Positions 40,790 to 55,429 of a stretch of DNA of 64,000 nt are shown one piece after another. The notes under the pieces were generated by a model, which saw only the letters and a list, made by a program, of their open reading frames with translations, was not told the DNA's origin and did no database searches. The stretch is from Mytilus californianus. Its lineage: Eukaryota. Numbering within the stretch: the stretch's first letter is position 1; each line of letters starts with the position of its first letter. Location of the stretch: assembly GCF_021869535.1 (NCBI RefSeq), contig NW_026262637.1, forward strand, positions 8,990,001-9,054,000. Reading direction: 5' to 3'. The position numbers were made by a program, and so were the translations under genes.

Positions 40790-43700
40790 TTAATTTACTT
40801 TGACAGTTTTCATAATTTTGGGTGCCGATTTAGCTTTTTTAAGAGAAAGTGGTAATTTCAAGTCCCTTTTCTCGCCTCTAATCTTTTCTAGATACAAATA
40901 CGTTTGGTGTTCCCTGCTTGTTACCTCGTCTAAGGCTTTTATAACAATTTGGACGTCATCAAGTTTGAATCCAGCACGAACCATGTGATCAGCTTCCACT
41001 TTGCTTGAAACTTCCGCCAACCATCTATTTCTGACAACAATATCGCCAGCCCGTACAGACAATGGGTCAAACTGAAGCTTTAAGATATCACAATTAAATT
41101 CGTTCACAAGCATATCTTTGACCTCTTTGTGGGAATACTTTTCGTTCTCTGGTAAACTGAAGCACACCACAAGGGGGCGTTTTTCTGGACAGATTTTGAG
41201 TGTATGTGTAGCCGGGTAACATCTGTCTTCATATTTACTTGTATCCCATTTTTTGGGTGGAACCGGCGATTCTTCGACATCCCTATAGGCACCTGTTGAT
41301 CTAACAGAATGGAAATATAATTTAACACAAATAGAACTTAACGCCAAACAAGCAACAAAAATAAGTTGAATGTAGGTAGTAGAAATCTACTTTTACGGAC
41401 GAAGAATAATTCATGATTCATAGGCACAGCTTGGGGAATGGACCCCCCCCTTTTTTTTTAAAGTAATTTTTTGTAATATTTTGCGCTACGGGGAATGGAC
41501 CCCCTTTTTCTATTTTTGTGTGTGCAAATATTCTGTAATGTGTTCTTGCTCTTTTTCCATACGGTATTACAATAACAGTAGTCAGTTATAAATTTTGACC
41601 ATCTATTACCGTATTATTTTCCAAAATGATAATAGAGGATCAAATGAAAGTTATAAACAACTGTTATTGTAATATCGTATGGAAAACAACAAGAACACAT
41701 GTACAATCAGTTGATATATTACAAAATGCTTAAAAAATAGAAAAATGGTGTCTTTTTCCCTTACCGCCTTTGGTAGAATTTAGCTCCGTCGTAATTATGT
41801 TGCTGTTTTTTTATTTTTTAATTTTTATCAAAAACTGTCTCAGCGTAACAACTAAATTACATTTTAGTTAAATTATTAATTAAGGGCATATATACAGTTT
41901 TGATCCCACGCGGTGATTATTTTACGAAAATTTGGATACAAGCTATTTTTAAACTAGTCAATTTAAATTTCATTCCTTTAAACAGACATATGTAACTTTT
42001 TTTATTTCAAAAGATAATCGCAATCAGATTTTTGTAAACACATTTGGAATATCGTCTTTACATAAAAAATTGAAAACAACACATTCAATAATTGCATGCG
42101 TCCGAAGCGCTTTTCTGGATTTACCTTTATCAGGAACGCTCAAAGCCAAATATTTGAAAACAGAGGATGTATAAGTACCGAAACAGTTGAAGAGCTTTAT
42201 GACAAAAAATACCTAAAAAATTACCAAATCCATCTAAGGTCAACTTTGCCTGAGGGAGTTGAAACCTTAGTTTCTTTATAATTTCAAAATTTATAAACGG
42301 ACAATTTAAGAAAGGTTTGTTATAAATCATGTCAGTACCGAAGTACTGACTACTGAGCTGAGTATACCATAAGTTTGTGTAACAATTCTTTGGAAATAAT
42401 TTATTTCCATTTTTTTTTTCATAATTTAAAAAAAAAAAAACGGCATTTTTGGCTGTATATTTATCTAATTTAACTTGCAAAATACCATCGTTTCCGCAAG
42501 TTTATTGAATTCTGTTTGGTATTAAATTAATAATTAAGATCCATTTTGTTACATCTGGTGATCCGTTTATTTGGCAATCGCCAATGGCAGTCAGCAGGGT
42601 TTAAGAACATCCGTTGTTCGACCTATTAGTCAAATGCGTTTTGTTAAAATGTACTTTTTCACTTTTTTGGTCTTTTGGAAAATGTTGTTTGTGCTGTATT
42701 TAGACCCCTCTACCAAGAAATTTGTTTTGCATGCACACGTATAAAAATTGCGGTTTTTATCCAACGCAATCATAGGTTTGAACGTTGTTTTCAATTTATA
42801 CTTGTTTATATTTTTTCGTTTGGGCATGTATTATATTTGCCTTCGGGTTTATATGATCCGTTCATCCTATTTCGACTCTTTAAAATTCAAGAGTCTATCC
42901 TAAATTGAGGTAAATTATATGGCCTTCCAAATACCGTTTCGATTCCTAACAACACTGTAGGATATAAATTGAATATTCTTTGGTGTATAAAACGCTGAAA
43001 GTAGCATATTTTGTACTACAGTGCATAATATAAAGATTAATATAGTTCAAATAAAGTATATGTGTTGACTCCCACGTATATTTTTTTGTAATCATATCCC
43101 ATTTTTACACTAGCTGATGGCTTAGTTCCGTCTATTCAAAATATTTTATTGTTCAAATATCAAATCATGACAAATGTACATTTAAACAAAGGGATTGGAC
43201 AAAAGGCAGTGCCTATACAAATCCTTTCCCATACAAGATGGATTGAATAACATGATAGTATATAATTTTCTGGATTAATAAACCTCCTTTTCTAATTAAA
43301 GTCCATGTCTGGTGATTTTTTTTCAAGAATTTAACAATCAAAAATATGTGTATTTATTTATTATATACATATATAATATTGTATTTATATAGTGGATATG
43401 TTACCTTTTAAGTATATCAATATCTGGGTCACTGACCTCACTGGCTTCCATCTTTGTAGTGGTAATGATAGTTTCGTCTTTATCTTTGATCTCTGTAACA
43501 TTCTTTTTCAAATGAGTGGCTGGTGGCTTAGCTCTAGCTTCTTTTTCTCTGAACGGATCTCGAAACCCTAACGAACGAATGTTTTCAGGTAGTTTATAAT
43601 CGGAAGCTGCCCTATTGTCATCTGTAAAGGAAACTTGTCTTCCTTCTACAGCTGCCGACTTTGCCCTGTAAACTCCGCCATTTCGTTCATGTTCGCTCCT

Positions 43701-44051
43701 ACGGACTAAACAACCAGTTTTCGGTCTGACTATGTCGCCAGTTTCTTTATAGAATTTCCATTGAAAGCTATCTATAACCGGGTTGTAGGATAAAACTGAT
43801 TTAAAACCTTTCAACTTTAAAATCTTGCTCATCTTTGTACGTATTTCATTTTCATTGCCATGCATATAGGCTTCCAAATATTTGACGTCTTGACTTAAAC
43901 ATGCTTTGTCAAACATATCATTGATATTTACATTGCTTACCTCTGCAGGCCTCGTAAAAAAAGAAGCGGATCCTGCTCTGTAAGAACTTAATGGTATATG
44001 GTATTTTGATTCTATATTACGTAAAATCATAGCTTGGCTTGATGTAGGCAT
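40790..44051 (-). CDS. Gene A: exon 44051-43405 (frame open from about 44186) spliced to RRM-like exon 41300-40790 (about 385 aa)
   Basis: Donor AG|GTAACA at 43405/43404 (phase 2), acceptor TCTGTTAG|A at 41301/41300 (phase 2). Terminal exon shows VVCFSL, SHKEV, LQFDP, RW...S, DEV..RE..TYL, a distant match to the other two RRM-like exons. Confidence 0.65.
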
Positions 44052-44264
44052 TTTACAATGACCCCACCTATTCTTTTGGAGCAAACCCCATGACGACAAA
44101 CAGTGACGTGATAGATTGGCATAACGACGTTCAGTTATTGAGATTAAGATATATGGATTTCCCCCCTTGATTTTGACTTTCGAATACTGTACGCAATTAC
44201 GTTTTTATAATTAACGATGTGAATCAAATTTACTTAACCACTTTTCAGAGTATCTGTGATTATA

Positions 44265-44378
44265 AGTCCGAGATTGCTCTGACGTCTGATGGTCTTATTT
44301 GTAGATTTGCTTGTGTCGACTCGTGAGGGCCTCAGTAAGTCATAAAAAGACCATCAGACGTCAGAGGAATCTCGGACT
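44265..44378. mobile_element. Small hairpin MITE-like element with about 35-bp inverted repeats
   Basis: AGTCCGAGATTGCTCTGACGTCTGATGGTCTT ... AAGACCATCAGACGTCAGAGGAATCTCGGACT. Confidence 0.7.
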
Positions 44379-44651
44379 AATCTGGCTGTTGAAGTGAATC
44401 AATGAATGAACATTTATCGTGATAAGTCATTGAAATCTCTTGACAGAGAACCAAATGATGCGGACACTAGTTACACACTGAGTTTCCAGGTTGTATCTCT
44501 AGGACTTTGATTTAAATTTGAACTTTAAGTAATATGTTGACACATTTATGGTTATGTATTGACCAATATGACGTTCACTTTTGCAATAGGGTGTCGATTG
44601 AAACAACTCATTATGTTTAAGTATAGATAGGAATGTTCTAGGCAAGATGTC

Positions 44652-45050
44652 TATGGCGTATCAAGAGGGTCAAAAGTATTTTTTTCATGCAAAAGCACTA
44701 ATTTAATGCAAATGCGATATTTAATGTTGCAAATGCTATATAATTGTAGCTTTTGCGCTTCTTGTAATATTTCGTAGCAAATCCTATCGGCTAACATACC
44801 ATTAGGCTCATATATTCATTTGGTGCATTTGCGGTAATTAATGTAGCATTTGCGGTATTTAATGTAGCATTTGCGGTATTTAATGTAGCATTTGCGGTAT
44901 TTGTTACCGCATTATCTTAATCTTAACACAAAAATATACAGAGAAGACCAATTGTATATTTCTTTCTTCTGATACCGAGAGGTTCAAAAGTATAAACAGC
45001 AAATGCAATACTTAATTCTTAAGCAAATACAGCAAATGCAATACTTCGTA
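44652..45050. repeat. GCAAATGC/GCATTTGC repeat-rich region upstream of the integrase gene; candidate transposon left end
   Basis: Starts TATGGCGTATCAAGAGGGTCAAAAGTA, has a related copy at about 44970, three tandem TAATGTAGCATTTGCGGTATT units at about 44838-44900 and several GCAAATGC motifs. Confidence 0.5.
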
Positions 45051-45270
45051 TTTAAATTAGAAGGTTGTTTCTTCTCTTCGCTTGATTCTCCGCCCATTTG
45101 TACTTAAATCTCCGCCCACTTCAAATATCGAAACACCCAATCAGTTCACAATGTGTAAAAACTGAAAAACGTATATTATGTGAATAATCATTGACGTAAA
45201 TTAATAATAATAGTTTTTGTGATTTTTTTCTGCTGATCCTCTGTTACTAATACCTAAATATTTGTTCAAA

Positions 45271-48200
45271 ATGGCGTATAATGACAATTTGAATGGCTTT
45301 CTTAGTGTATTTCAAACCATTGTTAATGACATCGTACGAACTTTAAACAATGACGATGCTTCGTTTGATTTTATGGATGTGGCATTGAATCGACTTAATG
45401 CACTATGGCGGAATTTAGGAAGAATGGTTACTGCATATCCTCAATGCAACCTACTTACAGAGGATTTTCAAAGACTGATCACCATTATAGAAGATATTAA
45501 AAGGTTTGGAAAATTAATAGGGATGTCAAATCGGTGAACAATTACTAATCGAGTACTCATTTTTTTTTTTATCTATTGTTTTAAAGCATTTTATAAAATC
45601 TATCTTCTCAGATTTTATTTCAAAATTCTATCTAATAGATTTGTTATTATTCACAAAAAAGTTTTTGTTATCATGAATAATCTATGCAAAAGGAGTAGGT
45701 TCAGTAAGACCCCCTTTTGGCCCCAAAATATAGCAGTTTTACAAAATCATTAAAATGTAAACTTTATTGGAAAGTAGAATACTTCTGCAACATAAATATC
45801 GGCTGTTTTTGACAATACAATGCACATATATCGGGTACTAGCATCTTAAAGTCATGCTAAATTACTGAAATCTTCATAATTTTAGCATTTGAGTTTTTAG
45901 ACGGTTTCCGTCTTAAATGGAAGTGGGTGCATTTGTGTTCATTCTTAATATTTAAATGTAAGTTGTATTTCATGAAAATACATAACATATATAAAGGTTG
46001 AGAGTGAACACGGATGTGGCCACTTTCATTTTTGACAAAAAACATCTGAAAAGTGACATATTATGGCATATGTGATATATTTTTCATATTTCAGCTTGCA
46101 TTTGAGCGTCTTAAATGACTAAATCAGTTCAAATCTTTAACATGAAATAATTGAATCGACTGAAGTAGACACTTAAGTGTTTAAAAGTGTCCAAAATATT
46201 TCATCGGATGAACCTGAAATTTGAGGTCAAAATCGGCTCTTACCGGACCTACACCTTTCCCAATTTTGCAAGACTTGTAGCTTGAACAAAGCATGATCAA
46301 ATCTACATTTAGGAAAAGTATAAGACAATTCTGTTTGAGGATCTACACCTTAAATCAGTCCACATGTTCTGCATGAGAAACGTAGATAATCTTGTTTCAG
46401 GAGATTTATAAATATACCTGAACATGTAAAAATAAGAAGATGTGGTATGATAACCAAAATGAGACAACTCCCCACCAAAGAACAAATAACATAGAAGTTA
46501 GTGTAAACATATTTTATTAATTAAATTCAGGTTACGTAATGTACACAAATTGGCATTTACATATTAATACAAGTGAATAATTAATAGGATCCAGAAACAA
46601 GCTGTTAGCTTATATTAATCCGTTTCCTAATTCAAATAAGAACATTCCATATTGTAATACTCAAGGAGAAGAATGTAAAAAAAATAACAATGTTACACTA
46701 GATGGAAAACAAACAAAACATATACATGTAATAAGGTTGTGAACACAAAAGAGAAAAAAAAACATAGAAGTTAAAAACCATGAATAACCATACGGAAATA
46801 ATGAGCAAAACACATACACGCATAGTAAGCCACGAAAGGCCCTGAAATGACAAAACGTAAACAAATTCAAACGAAAAACTAACGACCTGATTTATGTACA
46901 AAACAATAAACGAAAAACAAATATGATATGTTTGGAAACATTTGGATGTATTATACATTTTAAAGAAACAAATTATAATTTCTATCTGCATAGAAATAGC
47001 TGTCACTCACAGCATGTATTCCGAGGGTTTATCAAAGGTGAAGCAATACGGCAAATTGGAAACACAAATGACCATAACAATTTAATAAAAAATCTAACTA
47101 ATTTCAATAGGGGTTATGATAACGTCGAAATAGATGATAGTATTACTGATGCTTTATCAATTGACCGTACTGAATTATTACAGCAAAATAAATCGAAGGA
47201 AAAAGAAAATATTCCGTTAGTTTTGATAACTAAATATAACCATATATATATATATATATACGTAAAATAAAGAAACGGGCATTTATTACAGTTTGACGAA
47301 GATTGTGTATAAATATTCAATGATGCACCAATAGTTGCGTATAGCAAACATAAAAGTGTTGGAGATATGCTTAGTAGATGAAAGTTGAAGACTTTAACAT
47401 AAAATTGACAGTTGGACCCCTGATGATGGCAGATCTGTCATAATAACTAGACCTATTGATGAAGAATTAAAATATAAATATATCAATATATACATGAATA
47501 ATTTTCATATTTGATTATATTAAAATAATGCATCTAAAATTACCATCCCAAGCCAGAGCCTCTAATCCCAAGCTTTAACTGCCGAAACACTAAAATAGTG
47601 ATCAATAGTACGTGTTGGGTCCTATCATGCAATTTGGGATGTGGGGTTGCATGGGTGTTTTATAATAACAAAACTCAATGAAAATCAACAAAGCACTTAA
47701 ATAACTTTTTCTAGTAAATTTTTTTGGCAATTTTATCAAGTGAGATGTAAAGATTTCTGTACTTAACTTTTAATTTTCACATTTTTTTTTCATTTTTCAT
47801 TTTCAAAATTCAATATCCCTAAAAATGCACCAATATCCCATATCCCATTTATTTTTAGGACAAATATCCCATATCCCTAAAATTAAAATGGCAAATATCC
47901 CGTATCCCAATAAACCCTATACAAGCCTCACAACTGTTGTTCATTCTCGTCTATATGACAACTGACTAATATCAGAGACATATAATACAAGACTAATATC
48001 AGAGACATATAATACAATGTATTATATGTCTCTGCTAATACATAAAGTTTCTCACAAGATCGTGCTATAAACATCTGTTCTTAAATTTGATTAAACATTG
48101 CTTTATGATCTTAGATTATTTTGATAAACTTCTAAATGTTATTGCATCTGTACTGTGCAACCCATGTACCGTATAAACTGTCACATTAATCAAGATGTAA

Positions 48201-51200
48201 GATCATTAAACTGATTAAGAACTGACCATCAACTCTTTGATGTAATTAACCACGCCACAATAGACTAACAGCAAACGAAAACTTAAATAATTTCTATGAA
48301 ATGTATTACTTTTACAAAAACAGCACTTTAAATATATGCACGATTTAGAAATATTTGGTCCTTTCGGTTTAACGGTCCTTTTTTGGTCATAATCATAACA
48401 TTATATTTATTTAAATACTCACGGATTTCGAAAGTTAAGCGCTTCGAATACACAAAATATCTTTATTGTATAGTTCATTCACATAAGGGAAATCTTAAGA
48501 CGAGAACATTCATTTATTTCGACATACAATTTTCAAGCTAAGAATTTTTTATTCATTTCAAAATTGCGCGAGTTTTTATGACAAGATCAGCAATTATATT
48601 GTATCTGTTGAAAATATTCGTGCGAAACATTAAAAGAGGACAATAACATTGCTGAAATAGTGGAGATTTGAAAAGACCTGAATCACATATCCTTTAACTA
48701 TAAATTTTATGACCCGATTCGTAAAGATGACCGTTACAGAAAACACCAAAGAGGTGGTGTTCTCGAAGCTATCTTATGATTAGGACGTGTCCTAAGACCA
48801 ACTTATGACAAGTCTTTGTCCTAAGTCGTGTTCTCGAAGCTCTCTTAACTTAAGATATATTGCATTTTTCGTCCTACCGTTCGAACACCTAATTAGATGT
48901 CTTAAGATCATCCTTTCTTCATTCTAACTTAATAAAGTTTGAATTTCACTTTTTGCTCAATTTTTACGTGTAGATAAACATGAAATAAAACGCACCATCG
49001 GTTATTAACTCGTATATAAAGAAATTGTGCAGGCTTTTAAACTTTGAACTTCGTGTATCACGATACGATGACACTTAAAAATTTAATTCTCATTTCAAAA
49101 CAAATTGTTTTCCAGTTTACAATCCTTTTTTTATATAATTAAGACCATCTTATGTCATGTATATGTCCTAAGTCATGTTCTCGAAGCTCCCGTAACTTAG
49201 GATTTATCACATTTTAGAACACATAATTTAGTGACTTAAGATCATCCAATTTTAGTTTTCTCGTTTGAATTGTTTTACATTTGTCATTTCGGGGCCTTAT
49301 ATAGCCGACTATGCGGTATGGGCTTTGCTCATTGTTGAAGGCCGTACAGTGACCTATAGTTGTTAATTTCTGAGTCATTTGGTCTCTTGTGGAGAGTTGT
49401 CTCATTGGCAATCATACCACATCTTCTTTTTTATATTTAATAGTATACATGTACATGTAATTATAAAATTTGTAAACAATTTTATTAATTGGTTTTCGTC
49501 ATTAATAAATGTTTTATAAAAAAAAATACTTAAGCAAATTGAAATTTCGCACTTAGGATATGTTTAGACCGTCCTTAAATAAGATGCGTCTGAGATAGCT
49601 TCAAAACTTAACTTAAGCAATATCTTTATTTTCATAACCATTGCAGATACATAGGTACAGAGAGAGTGCAAAATATGTACATGAATATGCATCTTTTTAC
49701 AAAACATATATACAATACAGTGGTTTTCAAAATAATATACATTTTAGCCAGAAGGACCCACATATTTATTTATACACTTTATAAATTTACATAATCTTTT
49801 TAGATCTGACTTTTTGTTTAATTTGCTCATCAATTTTCTAAACTTTAGTGTATTAACAAGAGCAAAATAGTACTTATCAAGGTATAATTTTCTACTGTCG
49901 TTAAAAAATGGACATTCTAGCAGATAATGAAATTCGTCTCCAAATTCTACCAATATTACAAAAATGACATTTTCTTTCATTTCTATTAACATTTTTCCAC
50001 CTCCCTGTTTCTATTGGGAGTCTGTGGTTCTATATCTACATAAAATAATACTTTCGTGCAAATCCAAGATATCGAAATATTTTTCAAAATTTAATTCTAA
50101 CTTAAAAATTATATTATTTACTGCTTTTGTAGACTCTTGTAATTGAGTATTCCACAACTGTTTGTATTGGTCTTGTAATCGCAACTTTAGTGCATTTTTT
50201 AACCATATATCATTTCCATAAGAGTGTCCAAAGATGATCCATCCTAAATTTGAATCTTAGTATACTTTCGAGAACACCACCCCAGATATGGTCGTCCAGC
50301 AATTTGATGGAGGGACAGTCCAAGATAATGCAAAGTTAAACAGACTGTACCAGCTTAAGCATTTACTGTTAACTCGAGGTCAGGTGTTATTCCAAGACAA
50401 TAACTTAGCTTCTACATAGGATTACTATCTGACACAAAAAAAACACCAGGACGAAAAATGCAATATATCCTAAGTTAAGAGAGCTTCGAGATCATGACTT
50501 AAGACAAAGACGTGTCATTAGATGGTCTTAGGACAGTCACGTCCTAATCCTAAGATAGCTTCGATAACACCACCCCAGACTTACACCCTGATCTGTCATT
50601 GGAAAACAACATCTAACAATGTTCATGCATATGAGGATTATCAGATATAATAAAACCTTAAGTTATATTGAGACTTGCTCCTTCTCTAGCATATACCGAA
50701 TGCGGTATGCATTACATAAACTGTATTACATAATTGTGTTTTGTATTTTATCATACTTTTTTGGTAAATCTGTCATGGTATATTTTGGTATATTATAGTG
50801 TGATAAATAGTGCAGTATGTAAGTTTTAAAGTCTATTCTAAAAGAAAATCATACAATATAAACAGAAAACAATCAAGATAACTTGGCTTTGGTGGAAAAG
50901 AAATATACTGAAAGGAAAGTCTAATTCAGTATTTTTTTTTCTTTCATACGAGCTAAATGATATTAACGATTTCGAAAAACCAACAAAATTGTTGGATTAT
51001 GATTTCAATCTTATTTGGGGTTACTGTATATTCTTTTGTGAAACACAGCTATAACACACGATTTTCTTTTGGAATTTCGATACATTTCATTGCATTTCTA
51101 TGTCTTTAAGATTTAATGAATACTAATTCACACAATAAATTCATCAAGCCAAGGTCTTTGTGTAGATAGTATTATGTGTTATAAAGGTCAAACAAGTATT

Positions 51201-54200
51201 ATGAAGACAATGACATATGTTTCAGAAATTTTGTAACCATCTCTTATCGGTTGAGGAAATTGCGAATTGAATAATATTTTCAGTTTAAATCCATTTTCCA
51301 TAATTCCTTCATCTACTGTATTGCTTTACATAATCTTTTTTCCTTAACAATGCTTTATAACAGTGTGTGTATGTATATCATTGTTAAATTTATATAACGT
51401 TTAAAGTAAATAAAATTCATTCAGTTATATTTATTCATATTCTAAATTCCACAATCTCTCATCGCTTGCAAATGCAATGATGCTTATCAAACAAAATTTA
51501 AAATATGATATACCTAAGAGCGGATACCTGTTATCACTAGCTATGACCTTATGGCAAACACATCTGCATCAAATTTAATCATTATAGAATGCTTATATAT
51601 CCGTTAAACATTTCAAAAGCATTTGTATCGGTTATCTGCCATCCAATTAGCATCAAATTATAAAATTATAACCATTAGGAGTATTTGCGCAATCAAAGTT
51701 AATTTGATACATTTTTGAAGTAAAATGAAATTTATATTGGCAATCAAACTTTGTATATCATTTTCTGAAAAGTGACACATTTTCAGTTACGAGGTTGTGG
51801 CATTAACTCATCGATGCATTCATATATAGATATTAAACAGTTCACTTTAAAATATACATGTGTATTAAGTGTGAAGTTGTTATGACCAAAAGTACTTCAA
51901 ACCAAAACATTACCCTACTTTAAACCAAAACTTTAACCAGATACGAGGCGAACAAAAGGACGAACGGGCGGACACCCATACCTAAACATTGTGCCCCCTC
52001 TACTGTCGTAGGCGGGGAATGCAGAGTTTTGTTATAGACTCTCTACAGGACTCTTCTTCACCAAAAAAAAACTGTCATTAGTAAAACGAGGAGAAGGATC
52101 TGGATACTAGATTTATTCATCACTCTTTTACAGGTCGGAAACAGAACATATTGGATTAAGGCTATCTCAATATGGCGGAATAGGACGCCCCAGGTACCAC
52201 ATCTCTCGTGAACAATTGGAATTTTTGGTTGAGATTGGATTTTCTAGAAAATGTATGGCAAGTCTTCTACATGTATCAGTATCTAGCATAAAGCGTCGAT
52301 TGAGGTAAATATCAAATTCAATTCTAACAATTTATGATACAGCAAGCAATCTTATATCTTAGATTATATAACTAAATAATAAGGGGGGAATAAAACGAAT
52401 CTTAAGAAAAAAGACAACACCATCTCCAAAGTAAATAAGGACGAACATGCAAACAGCAATAACAAAACATTTGAAAGAAAACTAAATATTGTACAACACT
52501 AACCGAACGAAAAAAACGGTTCTATCCCATTTGTATCAGAAGGGTTAGCAGTTTTTGATACTCTAGTGCAAGTGGTATCTGTGGAGTTACCCATTGCATG
52601 GAAAATACTCTGATATATATATTCGATAATTGAGTAGACTTATAAAAAGAATTGATATGTTCGGTGAAACCTGAGTAAACTATCCCGAACATATTCTAAA
52701 TAACATAGAAAATAATTATTTTCAGGGACTACAGAATACTCCTAAGGAGACGTTATGCAGTCATTAGTGACACCGATTTAGATAATCATGTAAGGAGGAT
52801 AACCCAGTTTAACAGATCGTTAGGTCAACGAATGGTCCAAGGAATTTTGAAAACAGAAGGAATCGTTTTGCAAAGACGAAGAGTAGCAGAATCCCTCATC
52901 AGAGTTGACGAAGCCGGAGTAGCAATACGATGGTGCCGAACGATACGAAGAAGATCGTACCAAGTTTCTGGTCCAAACGCTTTATGGCATGTAGATGGGA
53001 ATCACAAGTTGATAAGGTCACGAAATATTTGTAACTTTGAAATATATACATATTTTATAATTTTTATCTAATGATATGATCGAACGTGGTAAAATTCATA
53101 CATGTTATTAATACGCTCAATGTTATTGCCTTGCCTCTGTGGGCTGTTTGTTTTCGTCGGCATCGATGGTTGCGTCGTCAACAGTTTACAAGTATTATTT
53201 TGTGATTTGATCAATCCAAGGGAACCACTAATGGTACGTCAATGGTGTTTGGTATGCACTTGTGTTGACATTGACGTTTTTTCCAAGCACATATGTTTTG
53301 ACAACTTATATACCAGAATGTTTTTCATAGTTTAAATGTTGAAATTTGTAATTTATATAAATATAATGAGATGAGGCATGATTGCCAATTAGACAACTTT
53401 CCATCAAAGTTCAAATAAAGTGGATGTAAGCAATTATAGGCAACCATACGTCCTTCAACAATGAAAAAATAACCATACCGTATAGTCGGCTTTTGATAAG
53501 TCAATTGTATTAGCACTTTCATTCGCATCTCATTTTCATGGAGATTACATAACCCACTCTCACAAGCATGTACATGTTTTTTTACTTTAAAACTGTTATA
53601 TAATTTGAATGTTTGTGTTTTTGACAGTTTTTAAAGACTAAATGAAAATTAGAAATAAAGAAAAGTGGTATGATTGCCAAGGAAACAACTATCCAACAAA
53701 GTTCAAATTAGGTGGATATGAGCAATTATAGGCAACCACACGGCCATCAACAACGAGACATGAAAAAACTTATCCCCGGCTTAGTATATTTCTAGGATTT
53801 TGATTGGTTAAAGAACTTCGTAACAAAACCCATAGCCCCTGGTTGTTAACTCATATCCCCGGACGTTGCTATCCATTACCCGGGGGGGGGGGGACGTCGC
53901 GCGCGTTTCCCTTATTTCCATGGTTGTTCCTTGTGAAATATAGAATTCTGCAGATTATAAATGAAGTCTGTAATTAAATATTTTATCCACTAACAATTTT
54001 AACTTATTATGTCGATCATTTGCACTCATTTTAGTAAATGCGTCATTTGGCTGCCACATTGTCAATGAATGGGACTACAGACCTAGCTATGCAAACTACC
54101 CACGTCAACGTCGCGCCGTCTATGATGTAACTTTCACAACATTGAGCGCCAGATTCGACCCATCTCAGTTTCTCTGTCTCTGTATGAAAACGTGTTATAT

Positions 54201-55397
54201 TTGACTACCTGTAGGGTAGTCCTACACCCCGTAAACAATATGTAAAATTCACAAATTTCAATAAAAAGATTTTTAAAAAAATGAAGAAAAAAACGTTGCT
54301 TTCACGTTACACTTAGTGGTCGAATTTCTCTAATAATCGCCAGATTTGGACTAAGACCGGGGATAAATTCGTTATCTACGTTCATATCCGTAGATATAGA
54401 TATTTTAACATCCTTCAGTATCCAAGTTAATTTATAACAAGCGAAAAGGAATGTTATTTTTGCACTCAATAATATTTGCGTAATTATACTAAATACGATC
54501 GGTTATCAGTCAAAAAAAAAGAAATGACTACGGCAACATAACACCGGAATGCCCTCACGGTCATCCACTGTGAAAATCAGTTGAAAAGGCTTAACTGTTC
54601 AGATCGACATAAAGAATAAGATCAAACAATAACACAGACCGATCGAGGAATAAAAAAAAATGTGGTATGATTGCCAATGAGACAACTCTCTACCAGAGAC
54701 AAAATTGCGTAGAACTATATGTCACTATACGGTCTTTAACAATGAGAAAAACCAATACCGCATAGTAAGCTATAGAAGTCACCGAAATGTCAAATTTAAA
54801 ACATTTAAAACAAGAATTGTCACTGGTTCAGACGTACAATAAATATGATAAACAGCAACAAACGACAACCGCTGAATTACAGGCTCCTGACTTGGGACAT
54901 GCATTTGAACTAGTAGACATTATTTTATTTCCACAGAGGTATTTGTTCCTGCTTTAGTTACGGATCATCGAGTTTAAATGTTGTACTTAATTTACATGTC
55001 AGAGTATTTTCATTTAATTTCATACATGCAAAGCGTGACTCTGTGTAAACAATTTATATTTATATGAATCAGTGCGAAATCTAACGGCAAAATAATATTT
55101 GCCATGCAAAATATGAGTAAACGGAAGAACTCTTAAATGCATTGCATTTTCTTCGCAAAGATGCTACTGATTATAAATTCATAAGAAATAGTTATTATTG
55201 AAATAAGTAAATCTAGAATTTGAGTATGATATAATCGTTCATATTCTGAACAATGAGAAAAACAAGCTAAATAATAGTTTTACGACTAATTATTTGCAAC
55301 TGTTGTTTTGGAAATACATTTCGCACCTACTACCAATTTAAAACCCTTTTTATACGACCGCAAAAATTTTTTGCGGTCGTATATTGGTATGACGTTG

Positions 55398-55429
<32 letters not shown>

